64,000 nucleotides of DNA from Candidatus Acidiferrales bacterium (GTDB taxonomy: Bacteria > Acidobacteriota > Terriglobia > Acidiferrales > UBA7541), in the NCBI GenBank assembly GCA_049797655.1, contig JBARFX010000074.1, positions 42,696 through 106,695 on the forward strand, given 5' to 3'. Below the pieces are notes generated by a model. It was not told the DNA's origin and searched no databases. It saw only the letters and a list, made by a program, of their open reading frames with translations. The translations under genes were made by a program, and so were the position numbers. This document shows, piece after piece, positions 27,658 through 36,324 of the stretch (position 1 is its first letter; each line of letters begins with the position of its first letter).

Positions 27658-29562
27658 ATGACTGATCCAGCCGCAGCCACTAGCCACATGCCCGTGCGTG
27701 GGGCGAACAACCCGGGCGGGCGGGTACGCAATGTACGCCTCCGCACTTCCGGCGCATCCGTCGAACGCCGCACAGACGGGTCCATTCTCGTTCGCCCGGA
27801 CGAACCTCTCGGTCCATATCCAACGGTTCTGACCGATCGCCTCGCGCACTGGGCGAAAATCGCGCCCGCAAGGATCTGCGTAGCGAAACGTGACACCGAC
27901 GGAAACTGGCGTTCGCTCACCTATGCGCAGGTTTACGCCGCCGTGCAAGGGATTGGCCAGGCTCTCCTCGATCGAGGCCTCACCGCTGATCACCCCGTTG
28001 CCATACTTTCGGAAAACGACATTGAACATCTGCTTCTAATGCTTGCAGGTCAGCACGCCGGAATCCCCACGGCACATCTCTCTCCGGTTTATTCCCTTGT
28101 GTCGAAGGATCTCGCACAACTCCGGCACTGCCTCGGACTTCTAACGCCTGGAATGGTCTTCGTCTCAAACGGCGAAAAATATCGCCGGGCTGTTGAAGTA
28201 GCCGTCACCGACGAGATGGAACTCGTGGTCGCCACTGCGCCGCCCGAGTTTCGAAAGGCAACTCCATTCGCAGATCTCCTGGCTACACGACCGACGAGTA
28301 CCCTCGATGCGGTCCACGCACGAATCGATCCGGATAGCCCCGCGAAGTTCCTCTTCACCTCCGGTTCAACCGGCATGCCGAAAGCCGTGATCAATACGCA
28401 CCGCATGATCTGCTGTAACCAGCAGATGATCGCCCAGGTGTTTGGCTTCTTGCAGGACGAGCCTCCTGCTCTAATCGACTGGCTCCCGTGGAATCACACT
28501 TTCGGTAGCAATCACAATATCGGCATCGCTCTCTACAATGGCGGCAGCCTCTACATTGACGAAGGAAAGCCCGGGCCATCGTTCATCGAAGAAACCATTC
28601 GCAACCTCCGTGAGATCGCTCCGACGGTCTATTTCAACGTCCCAAAGGGCTACGAGGACTTGCTGCCGTCTCTGCGTGCCGATCGCCGGCTGTGCGAAAA
28701 TTTCTTCAGCCGGCTAAAACTGCTCTTCTACGCCGGCGCCGGTTTGTCGCAACCCGTGTGGGACGCCTACCGTAACCTCGCGCTCGAAACTTGCGGCGAG
28801 CGAGTTGTGATGGTCACGGGACTCGGCTCCACCGAAACCGCTCCGATGGCGATCCAAACCACCTGGGAAACGGATCGCGCCGGGGTAATTGGAATCCCTA
28901 TTCCTGGCGTTGAGGCCAAACTGATTCCACAGGGAAGCAAACTCGAAGTCCGGGTGCGTGGCCCAAATATTACCCCCGGCTACTGGCGCCAACCGGAACT
29001 CACTAAGAAGGCTTTCGACGACGAAGGCTTCTACCGATTCGGCGACGCCGTCCGCTTCGTTGATGCTTCCGACGTTAATAAGGGTTTTCTGTTTGATGGC
29101 CGCTTTTCCGAAGACTTCAAGCTGGCGACCGGCACATGGGTGAGCGTGGGCCCGCTGCGGGCAAGAATTCTGAGTTACTTCGCTCCATTCGCGCGAGACG
29201 TCGTCATTGCGGGACACGACCGCGACGAAATCGGCATGATGATTTTTGCCGACCTGGAGGCGTGTTGCTCCCTCTCTTCGGACCTCTCGCTCCGTTCGCC
29301 GATTGCAGAAGTCCTGCGTCACGAAGCCGTACGCGACCGCTTTCAAACGTTGCTGTCAGCCTTCGCTGCGGAATCCACCGGCAGTTCGAATCGAGTTAGC
29401 CGCGCGATTCTTCTCGAAGAACCACCTTCCCTCGACGCTCGCGAAATGACCGACAAAGGCTCGTTGAATCAGCGCGCCGTACTCGATCACCGCGCGGCAC
29501 TCGTCGAACAGCTGTACAGCTCGCAACCCTCACACCTCATTTTTCGCATCAAGGGAAAATAA
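27658..29562 (+). CDS. AMP-dependent CoA ligase, feruloyl-CoA-synthase-like
   Basis: LFTSGSTGMPKAV AMP motif. The N-terminus ...VERRTDGSILVRPDEPLGPYPTVLTDRLAHWAKIAP... resembles Fcs-type hydroxycinnamate-CoA ligases. Confidence 0.8.
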   Translation: MTDPAAATSHMPVRGANNPGGRVRNVRLRTSGASVERRTDGSILVRPDEPLGPYPTVLTDRLAHWAKIAPARICVAKRDTDGNWRSLTYAQVYAAVQGIGQALLDRGLTADHPVAILSENDIEHLLLMLAGQHAGIPTAHLSPVYSLVSKDLAQLRHCLGLLTPGMVFVSNGEKYRRAVEVAVTDEMELVVATAPPEFRKATPFADLLATRPTSTLDAVHARIDPDSPAKFLFTSGSTGMPKAVINTHRMICCNQQMIAQVFGFLQDEPPALIDWLPWNHTFGSNHNIGIALYNGGSLYIDEGKPGPSFIEETIRNLREIAPTVYFNVPKGYEDLLPSLRADRRLCENFFSRLKLLFYAGAGLSQPVWDAYRNLALETCGERVVMVTGLGSTETAPMAIQTTWETDRAGVIGIPIPGVEAKLIPQGSKLEVRVRGPNITPGYWRQPELTKKAFDDEGFYRFGDAVRFVDASDVNKGFLFDGRFSEDFKLATGTWVSVGPLRARILSYFAPFARDVVIAGHDRDEIGMMIFADLEACCSLSSDLSLRSPIAEVLRHEAVRDRFQTLLSAFAAESTGSSNRVSRAILLEEPPSLDAREMTDKGSLNQRAVLDHRAALVEQLYSSQPSHLIFRIKGK

Positions 29563-30809
29563 TGACGGCAAACGATAAGAACGGTCTCTTCATCGCCTAC
29601 GAAGACATTTGGCTTCTCGATGGCGTGCGCACGCCATTCGTCGATTACAGCGGCCCGCTCGGCCTTGTCTCTCCAATCGACCTCGGCATCAAAGTCGCGC
29701 GCGCCATTTTCGAGCGCACGAAGGTTTCGCCCGCGGACGTTGGCTCCGTTATCGCCGGCAGCGTCGCGCAGGCCAGTTTCGATGCTTACCTACTTCCGCG
29801 GCACATTGGCCTCTACTCCGGCGTTCCGCTCGATCGTCCCGCGCTGCTCGTTCAGCGAGTATGCGGCACAGGCATCGAAGCCATCGGACAAGCTGCCGAC
29901 GCGATCACTCTAAAGAAAATCCACCTCGGCCTCTGCGTTGGAACGGAATCCATGAGCCGCAATCCAATTGCCGCGTATACCCATCGCGGCGGCTTCCGGA
30001 TGGGACAAGTCGAGTTCAAGGACTTCCTCTGGGAGGCGCTGCTTGATCCTGCTGCCAATGTGACGATGGGAGACACTGCCGAGAAAATAGCGCGCGAATA
30101 CAAGATTGCGCGCGAGGAAGTGGACTGTTTTGCGGAATTGAGTTTTTCTCGCGCCGTCACCGCGCAGAAGAGCTGCTTCCTTTCCGGCGAAATCGTTCCA
30201 GTCGTCACCGAAGCGTTTGAACTGAAAGATTACAAGCCGCGCGGAATTCGTCTTCCAAAGGGTGTAGAAACTCTTGCAGCAGATACGCACATCCGCCCGT
30301 CTTCTTACGAAACCCTCGCGAAAATCCGCCCGGCATTCGGCGGCGTTCAAACCGGAGGAAACAGCTCAGCAATTGTCGACGGTGCCGCGGCCGCGCTCGT
30401 CGCTTCGGGGGCTTACACCAAGTCCAGAAACACCCGGCCGCTCGCCCGGATTGCCGCCGTTGCGACTGTGGGCGTCCCGCCGGAAATCATGAGCATTGGC
30501 CCGGCCCCGGCCATCCGGAAACTCCTCGACGGTGTTGGACTTTCACTCGATGCAATTGATCGCTTTGAAATCAACGAAGCCTTCGCGGCGCAGGTGATCG
30601 GCGTCGAACGCGAACTAAACCTCGATCGCAGTAAGCTCAATGTAAACGGCGGGGCAATCGCCATCGGCCACCCGCTTGCCGCCACCGGCGTCCGTCTTGC
30701 CGTCACGCTCGGCCGCGAGCTACGGCGTTCGCAAATGCGCTACGGCATCGCGTCCGCCTGCATTGGCGGCGGCCAGGGCATTGCGCTGCTTATCGAGAAT
30801 CCTCGGTGA
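29562..30809 (+). CDS. Acetyl-CoA C-acyltransferase (degradative thiolase)
   Basis: TAATG overlap with the ligase gene. VQRVCGTGIEAI with the nucleophile Cys, NVNGGAIAIGHPLAATG, and ASACIGGGQGIALLIE. Confidence 0.9.
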   Translation: MTANDKNGLFIAYEDIWLLDGVRTPFVDYSGPLGLVSPIDLGIKVARAIFERTKVSPADVGSVIAGSVAQASFDAYLLPRHIGLYSGVPLDRPALLVQRVCGTGIEAIGQAADAITLKKIHLGLCVGTESMSRNPIAAYTHRGGFRMGQVEFKDFLWEALLDPAANVTMGDTAEKIAREYKIAREEVDCFAELSFSRAVTAQKSCFLSGEIVPVVTEAFELKDYKPRGIRLPKGVETLAADTHIRPSSYETLAKIRPAFGGVQTGGNSSAIVDGAAAALVASGAYTKSRNTRPLARIAAVATVGVPPEIMSIGPAPAIRKLLDGVGLSLDAIDRFEINEAFAAQVIGVERELNLDRSKLNVNGGAIAIGHPLAATGVRLAVTLGRELRRSQMRYGIASACIGGGQGIALLIENPR

Positions 30810-30848
30810 AATGGGTTCGCGACGGCACTGCGGACAGCGCAGAACGGT

Positions 30849-33371
30849 TCAGTGGCCGCGATAGAGCTCGAAGGGTGCCCAATAGAATGGCTTTTGGTAA
30901 ACCGTCCCGGAGTGAAGCAGCTTCAGTTTCGCGTGGCGCAGGGCAACGTCCGGCGCGGATCCTTTCTTAATCTCACCATAGAGATCATCCATCAATGCCG
31001 GCGTGGAGTTGTCGTTGACCTCCCACAATGCCGCGATCACTCCATGCGCGCCTGCGCGCAAGAACGCCCACGTCAGCCCGACGAGACCTTCGCCGGAGTA
31101 CGTGCGCTCCCCCGCCCCGTGACATGCCGAAATCGTCACCAAATCTGCGTTCAACGGCTGCAACACAATATCTCGCGCATACAGTTTGTAGGAATCGCCT
31201 TCCTTCGTGAGAATCACAGCAGAATCAAGCGGGCTCGCGCGGCTCGCAGTGCCGTGCGCCACAAAATGGATGAACGAATATTGCGCCGGCCTGCTGCTCA
31301 GATAAGCGGCCGCCGTCGCTCGCTGCCGCGATAGGACAGTGCGATCCGGCGCCGCAAAATATCGCTCTACATCGCCCATTTCGGCAGCCGCCTGCGGCAG
31401 GTCTGGAAACTCCGCGTTCGGCGAGAGCGGGTCGCCAATCAATAACAGCTTTTTCAACCTTGCCGGCCGCTCGTTCGCGGACGCAGCCAGCAAGACCAGT
31501 GAATTCGCGTTTGCGACAACCGCATCTTCGATCCAGTAGTGAAGCGTGGGCGTCGGAACAAGCAGTGTCTCGAAATTCAAGTCGTACAAACCGCCGTCCG
31601 GTAGCACAATCACGCGCGAGCCGGGCGGGATCAACTTCTGCGCCGGTGCAACTAACAGCTCGTACAGTTTAATTCCCTGTGCATTCGCAGTTTCCAGCAA
31701 GTTTCTAGGCCCAAGCAGCGCTTCGCGGTACGGCTTGATCAACGCTTCGATTTCGGAAGCAGGTGGCAGCGTAAAAAGCCTTACGCCAGATCGCGTCGCT
31801 GCCCAAAAATACGAATGCTTCTCGCCCAGCCAGTAAAACAGCAGCGTCGCGCCAAATCGCTGCGCAATCGACTGTGGCTGAAAGTTCGGAAGCGGAAACG
31901 AGATCTTTGAGCTGAGTCCGAGCCCCTCGGCAAGTGTCTGCGCCCTGCTCACCTCGGCAACTTGCAACGCGTCCTCAGTCCTGCCCTGCGAAATCAGGAA
32001 ATCGACGTAGTCATCGTAGAATGCGATCGCGCTCGTGAGAAACGGCAGGCGCAATTCTTCACGATCAATCGACGACCTGGCCTTTTCAATCGTTGCAATC
32101 GACTGTCGAAACTCATTCTCGGCATTTTTTGGGCGACCTTCGGCGACATACACTTCCGCCAGCCGCGCTGCGGCTTCCCAACGCAGCGAAGCTCCGGCGT
32201 TGGGGTCATGCACGACGTGCTGAAACGATTGTTCCGCCTGTGCGTATTCCCTTCTTATTTGGGCGATGCGGCCCCCGATGATCAGAGCGTTCAACTCAAC
32301 GTAAGGGTCGGGATATGCGCGCACAAACTGCACAACGGAATCATAGAAGTGCTGCGCTGACTCGGTCTGCCCCGTTTCCAAAGCTACCAGCGCAAGGTTC
32401 TCAAGACCTTCCGCCGTGGATTTTTCATCTCCAAGATTTTTTGCGAAATCGAGTGCTTTCTCGTAGGCGAGCCTTGCGGAAGCGTAATTGCGTTGTGCGA
32501 GGTTTACGTTGCCGATGTTCATCCGCCAGTAGACTCGATCCCCCGCAAGACCTACCTTTGCAGCCGCCTCTTCAGCCTGTTGATAGAGCACGAGGGCGTT
32601 CTCGAAATCTCCCATCTCGAAATAGCTCCAACCCAGGTTCCCGTAGATTTTTGATATCGAGCTCTCCGCATGCACGGATCTCGATAATTGCAAGGCCTGG
32701 CGATTCCAATCGATTGATTCGTCGTAATGGCCCCTCTTCGTCGCAACGACAGCCAGGCTACCGAGAGCCGCGATTTCCAGAAATGAATCATTTTGTTGGC
32801 GCGCGATTCGGAGAGTGTCGCGGTAGTTCGATTCTGCAACACCAAAATCGTCGCTCAAGTTGGCGAGAGTGCCCTTTCTTAAGTAGACCTCGCCCAACAG
32901 ATTCGGACAGTGGGCTTTTGCTGTTTCTTCTGCCTCGCCAAGATACCGGTCAGCATCCTTGTATTGGAGCAAGTGAGTCTTCGCAGAGCCCTGGGTCAAT
33001 TTGCGCCATACGACAAGGTCGCAGTTCGCAACTGAGGAGGGAATTTCCTGCTCGAGGATGGCCAAAGAATCGCGGTCACGTCGTTCTTGGACGAGTACTT
33101 TTGCCTTCAGCAGAAGAAAACGCCAGTGCCACTCATTTTCGGCGGAGGTGAATTTGTGGAGTCCGGACTCAGTTTCGGACAATGCTCCGCTCAAGTCGCC
33201 GTGCTGGAGTTTGAGTGAAGCGTCTTCGTAGGCTCGTTCCGGAGAAAATGGAGCGGGACGCTTGCACCCCGCTCCGCACAATATAAATCCCAGGCAAACC
33301 AGGCGTCCTATGGCCAGGTAGTGCCGTTGCCAACGCCTTGCGCTGCTGACATCGCACCGGCAACCGGGCAA
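30849..33371 (-). CDS. TPR-repeat / CHAT-domain (caspase-like) protease, probably exported or membrane-anchored
   Basis: C-terminal CHAT domain with His in FIHFVAHG and Cys in LVTISACHGAG, then GLTWAFLRAGAHGVIAALWEVND. Multiple TPR units occupy the middle. N-terminal hydrophobic segment LAIGRLVCLGFILCGAGC. The start is uncertain: the track ORF runs to 33524 (TTG), and other in-frame candidates are GTG 33494 and TTG 33371. Confidence 0.8.
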   Translation of the reverse strand: MPGCRCDVSSARRWQRHYLAIGRLVCLGFILCGAGCKRPAPFSPERAYEDASLKLQHGDLSGALSETESGLHKFTSAENEWHWRFLLLKAKVLVQERRDRDSLAILEQEIPSSVANCDLVVWRKLTQGSAKTHLLQYKDADRYLGEAEETAKAHCPNLLGEVYLRKGTLANLSDDFGVAESNYRDTLRIARQQNDSFLEIAALGSLAVVATKRGHYDESIDWNRQALQLSRSVHAESSISKIYGNLGWSYFEMGDFENALVLYQQAEEAAAKVGLAGDRVYWRMNIGNVNLAQRNYASARLAYEKALDFAKNLGDEKSTAEGLENLALVALETGQTESAQHFYDSVVQFVRAYPDPYVELNALIIGGRIAQIRREYAQAEQSFQHVVHDPNAGASLRWEAAARLAEVYVAEGRPKNAENEFRQSIATIEKARSSIDREELRLPFLTSAIAFYDDYVDFLISQGRTEDALQVAEVSRAQTLAEGLGLSSKISFPLPNFQPQSIAQRFGATLLFYWLGEKHSYFWAATRSGVRLFTLPPASEIEALIKPYREALLGPRNLLETANAQGIKLYELLVAPAQKLIPPGSRVIVLPDGGLYDLNFETLLVPTPTLHYWIEDAVVANANSLVLLAASANERPARLKKLLLIGDPLSPNAEFPDLPQAAAEMGDVERYFAAPDRTVLSRQRATAAAYLSSRPAQYSFIHFVAHGTASRASPLDSAVILTKEGDSYKLYARDIVLQPLNADLVTISACHGAGERTYSGEGLVGLTWAFLRAGAHGVIAALWEVNDNSTPALMDDLYGEIKKGSAPDVALRHAKLKLLHSGTVYQKPFYWAPFELYRGH

Positions 33372-34084
33372 CCAAGCTCGAAGCGAAGCATCGTCACGGT
33401 TCGTTTGCTGTGCTGAGCAAAGACTTCTCCGACAAAAACTCTCCCGAACTCGGGAATGTCGAAGGCATGGCCTTGCCGCTTGACTCCCGGGCACGTCGTC
33501 TTCATGTCTTTGACGAGGGAGCAAAGCATCACTCCATGAGCTTGGATCGTTTTTGGTGTCTGACCCGGTTGAAACGGATCGCCAGCCATTTTGCGGAATC
33601 CAGCGTTAGATTCAAACTCTTTTCTCAAGGCTTCGAACGTGTTCAGCCGCAGAAAGAGTTCGTCGTCGAATTCCACATGAACTTTGCACCCCGCGATCGT
33701 CAGATTGTCAATCTTGCTTCCCAGCACGGTAATTTTCGCTTCCGCATCCTCCAGCTTGTGATTGCTTGCGATCCGAGTCACAAGCCGGTCCGCTGTCACT
33801 ACGTCAAGCACATTCAAACCCTCCACCGCGGAGGTAACCAGAGTCGTATGGCTTCCATCTTCCTCGCTCTTGCTTCCGGAAACCGTCGTGTGCCCACACT
33901 TGAACGAAACGAATTGATTGAACCGGAAGTTTTCCACTCGCGAGCTGCCGTGGCCTCCGATCGCTGGAAGCGACATTCCGGCTTGTACTTCGATGAGTTG
34001 ATCGAGCGGTCTCTTAATGTGGCCGCTCAGAGCATGTCCGTGCGCGTTGTAGATGTACGTCTTGCGAGGGTTTTCCTTTTGCAT
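33308..34084 (-). CDS. Uncharacterised conserved-looking protein (258 aa) encoded between the anti-sigma and CHAT genes
   Basis: ATG at 34084 preceded by AGGAGG 9 nt upstream. No signal peptide and no motif I can assign. Ends ...MLRFELGCPVAGAMSAAQGVGNGTTWP. Confidence 0.6.
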   Translation of the reverse strand: MQKENPRKTYIYNAHGHALSGHIKRPLDQLIEVQAGMSLPAIGGHGSSRVENFRFNQFVSFKCGHTTVSGSKSEEDGSHTTLVTSAVEGLNVLDVVTADRLVTRIASNHKLEDAEAKITVLGSKIDNLTIAGCKVHVEFDDELFLRLNTFEALRKEFESNAGFRKMAGDPFQPGQTPKTIQAHGVMLCSLVKDMKTTCPGVKRQGHAFDIPEFGRVFVGEVFAQHSKRTVTMLRFELGCPVAGAMSAAQGVGNGTTWP

Positions 34085-34112
34085 TGGCGCTGCCTCCTGC
34101 GTCAATATCAAG

Positions 34113-34814
34113 CTACTTGGTGTATTCGAGAGAGAACGGATAACGAACGACGCCTATCTTATCCGCATCGGTCTTTTCAGGCGAGCCCAATCCTCGCACA
34201 ACGAGGACATGCTTTCCCGATGCCAGGCGTCCGGCAGGTATCAACAACTGGACGGTTTGCTTCGCTTCTTGCGCGGATACATTCAACGCCAATTCAGGCG
34301 TTCCGGATTCGCTCTGAAACTCGCACACATAGGAAGAAAACTGGCTCTGCGGCGGAATATCAATGAACATGCTGAAGAACTTGTCAGACGGCACCGAGAT
34401 CGTCAGCGGAGCTGCGCCTCGCGAATTCTGCCCGATCAACGAAAATGACGGAAGTGTCTGCGGAGCTTCCGATTGCGACAGCGCCGTCTTCAAATGTGGA
34501 ATCGTCACCGCGTTCTGATACGCAGCGACCATCAATAGCAGTGCCAGCGCAGGAGCGGCAAAAGCCGGACGCATCAGCACTCCCCACCAACGGCCAACTC
34601 GCTTTCCCGCCGGCCGCACTGATGCTTCCGCGACCGTTCCGGCGCTCCAAACATCCCGCGCATTGTCGACGAACACCGCGCCAGCTCGAACATCCTGCGC
34701 GCACTCCATACATCCGAAATAATGGTCCTCGTACTGGTCGCGCAATTCAGCGCTCAATTCGCCCAGGAGGTATTTCTCAGCGGCTTTTAGCCGTATCGCT
34801 TCGGAATGGTTCAT
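34113..34814 (-). CDS. Anti-sigma factor (zf-HC2 type), single-pass membrane protein
   Basis: MNHSEAIRLKAAEKYLLGEL...EDHYFGCMECA carries the H-x3-C-x2-C motif. TM segment AFAAPALALLLMVAAY. GGGAGG lies 9 nt upstream of ATG 34814. The track ORF begins at TTG 34850. Confidence 0.75.
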   Translation of the reverse strand: MNHSEAIRLKAAEKYLLGELSAELRDQYEDHYFGCMECAQDVRAGAVFVDNARDVWSAGTVAEASVRPAGKRVGRWWGVLMRPAFAAPALALLLMVAAYQNAVTIPHLKTALSQSEAPQTLPSFSLIGQNSRGAAPLTISVPSDKFFSMFIDIPPQSQFSSYVCEFQSESGTPELALNVSAQEAKQTVQLLIPAGRLASGKHVLVVRGLGSPEKTDADKIGVVRYPFSLEYTK

Positions 34815-34856
34815 TGTGTTCATCCTCCCAGTAGTGACGTGGGAGCGCAAATCGTT

Positions 34857-35543
34857 TCATCTGTGGCCCGATTCGCCCGCAGGTAGGCGGGCCGGCGGTT
34901 CCGCTTGCTCATAAAGCGTCCTAAAGCTCTGTTTGGCCCGGTGCAACAGCACTCTCAGATAGTCGCGATCGACCCCAAAGTCTACGCAAATCTCGTCCTT
35001 ATCCTTATCCTCAAAGAACATGGCACGCAGCAGCCGCCTCTCTTTCTCGGAAAGTTTTGAAAGCGTTAGCTTTACGTGTTCCTGAGTCTGTTTTGCCACG
35101 AGTATCCCATCCAAATCAATGCTCTCATCAGGAGGATCAAGCGGAGTCTCGTCCGATGGTACACCGCGCGCGGCGGAACGGTAGTATTCCTGCAACACAT
35201 TGTTACATATAGAGTTAACGAAAGACCCAAGCCCTTCCGCACTCCGGATCCCGCCCTGCATTCGCATAGCTTTCAGTACGCGGACGAATGTCTCCTGACG
35301 GATATCTTCAACGGCTTGCGAAGAACGAAGGCGGGACCGCAGCTTAATCAGCAAGAGCTGGCTGAAATAGCTGACAAAATGCTGCTCCGTCGGAAAGTCC
35401 CGGTCTCGGAGCCTCTGAAGATAGGCCTCATCGAACGAGAAGAATTCCACATGCCCCTCATGAGGGCACGAAGTATATCCCCCTATGAAATCAAGCGCAA
35501 TGACGCTTCCCGCGCACTGAAGAAGACACCTCCACTTAGCCAT
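34857..35543 (-). CDS. ECF-type RNA polymerase sigma-70 factor with a Cys/His-containing N-terminal extension
   Basis: Region 2 ...VEDIRQETFVRVL.... Region 4 LSEKERRLLRAMFFEDKDKDEICVDFGVDRDYLRVLLHRAKQSF. ATG 35543 is preceded by AGGAG 6 nt upstream. Confidence 0.85.
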   Translation of the reverse strand: MAKWRCLLQCAGSVIALDFIGGYTSCPHEGHVEFFSFDEAYLQRLRDRDFPTEQHFVSYFSQLLLIKLRSRLRSSQAVEDIRQETFVRVLKAMRMQGGIRSAEGLGSFVNSICNNVLQEYYRSAARGVPSDETPLDPPDESIDLDGILVAKQTQEHVKLTLSKLSEKERRLLRAMFFEDKDKDEICVDFGVDRDYLRVLLHRAKQSFRTLYEQAEPPARLPAGESGHR

Positions 35544-35634
35544 ATCGAACTCCTGACTCAAAAAAGAAACAAAAAAACTTTCCCAAACTGAAACGATTCA
35601 CGCCCTGAGCGCACTATTTCCAGGTAATGGCCGA

Positions 35635-35660
35635 TACGTTGGCAGTGCAATTCGAGGTTC
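35635..35660 (-). promoter_or_regulatory. Candidate ECF-type promoter upstream of the sigma gene
   Basis: The minus strand reads GAACC-tcgaattgcactgcca-ACGTA. This is an AAC ... CGT arrangement with an 18-nt gap, slightly longer than the 16-17 nt typical for ECF promoters. Confidence 0.3.
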
Positions 35661-35788
35661 TGAGTCAGAAGGATGGCAATGCTCGAACTCCTCACGCCCC
35701 AGGCGCATCCCGGTCGTCCCTACCCCGAGCGAACCGGGGTGCGCTTCCCCGCCATTCCGACGAGGACCGAAAGAGGAGAACTAAAAAC

Positions 35789-36238
35789 ATGAGCCATCCG
35801 ATCGAAACTGAAGCCACACGAATTGAGGACGTCGTTTTCAATTCTGATCCATGGGAAGCGAGAACCACATTGGCGCCAAACGGTAGCTTGGGATTCCGAA
35901 CCTTGAATGTGCGGTCCGTAGAATTCATCGCTCAGCCCGGGAGAATTCGCGAATTGCGGAATTGCGTCCAGGGGCCTTTGATGGACCACCTGAAAAAACA
36001 GCGAGGCTTCGCTGGCGCGATCGTGCTCAGTTCCCATAAGGAGCCGCGGCTGATCCTCGTCATGAGTCTGTGGAAAGCCGAGAAGGACGCGACCGGAAAC
36101 CGATGGGAGACCTCGGCGGCGATTCTCAAAATGATTTCGCCCCTGATCGATGTCTGCTCGAGAGTTCATACCTACGAAGCAGCTCTGCCAAATCTCGTGG
36201 ACACTCCTGCGGCCATCATTGCCGCCCCGGTTTGCTGA
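35789..36238 (+). CDS. Hypothetical protein (possibly ABM/ferredoxin-like fold)
   Basis: ATG with AGAGGAG upstream. ...GFAGAIVLSSHKEPRLILVMSLWKAEKDA... is reminiscent of antibiotic-biosynthesis-monooxygenase-like domains. This is weak. Confidence 0.4.
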   Translation: MSHPIETEATRIEDVVFNSDPWEARTTLAPNGSLGFRTLNVRSVEFIAQPGRIRELRNCVQGPLMDHLKKQRGFAGAIVLSSHKEPRLILVMSLWKAEKDATGNRWETSAAILKMISPLIDVCSRVHTYEAALPNLVDTPAAIIAAPVC

Positions 36239-36324
36239 TGCGAGCGCTTATCGCTGAATTCCAACACGCCGAACCGACGGGTCGTCACTTGCCCGGATAC
36301 AGACCATTCGAGGAAACGAGGGCT

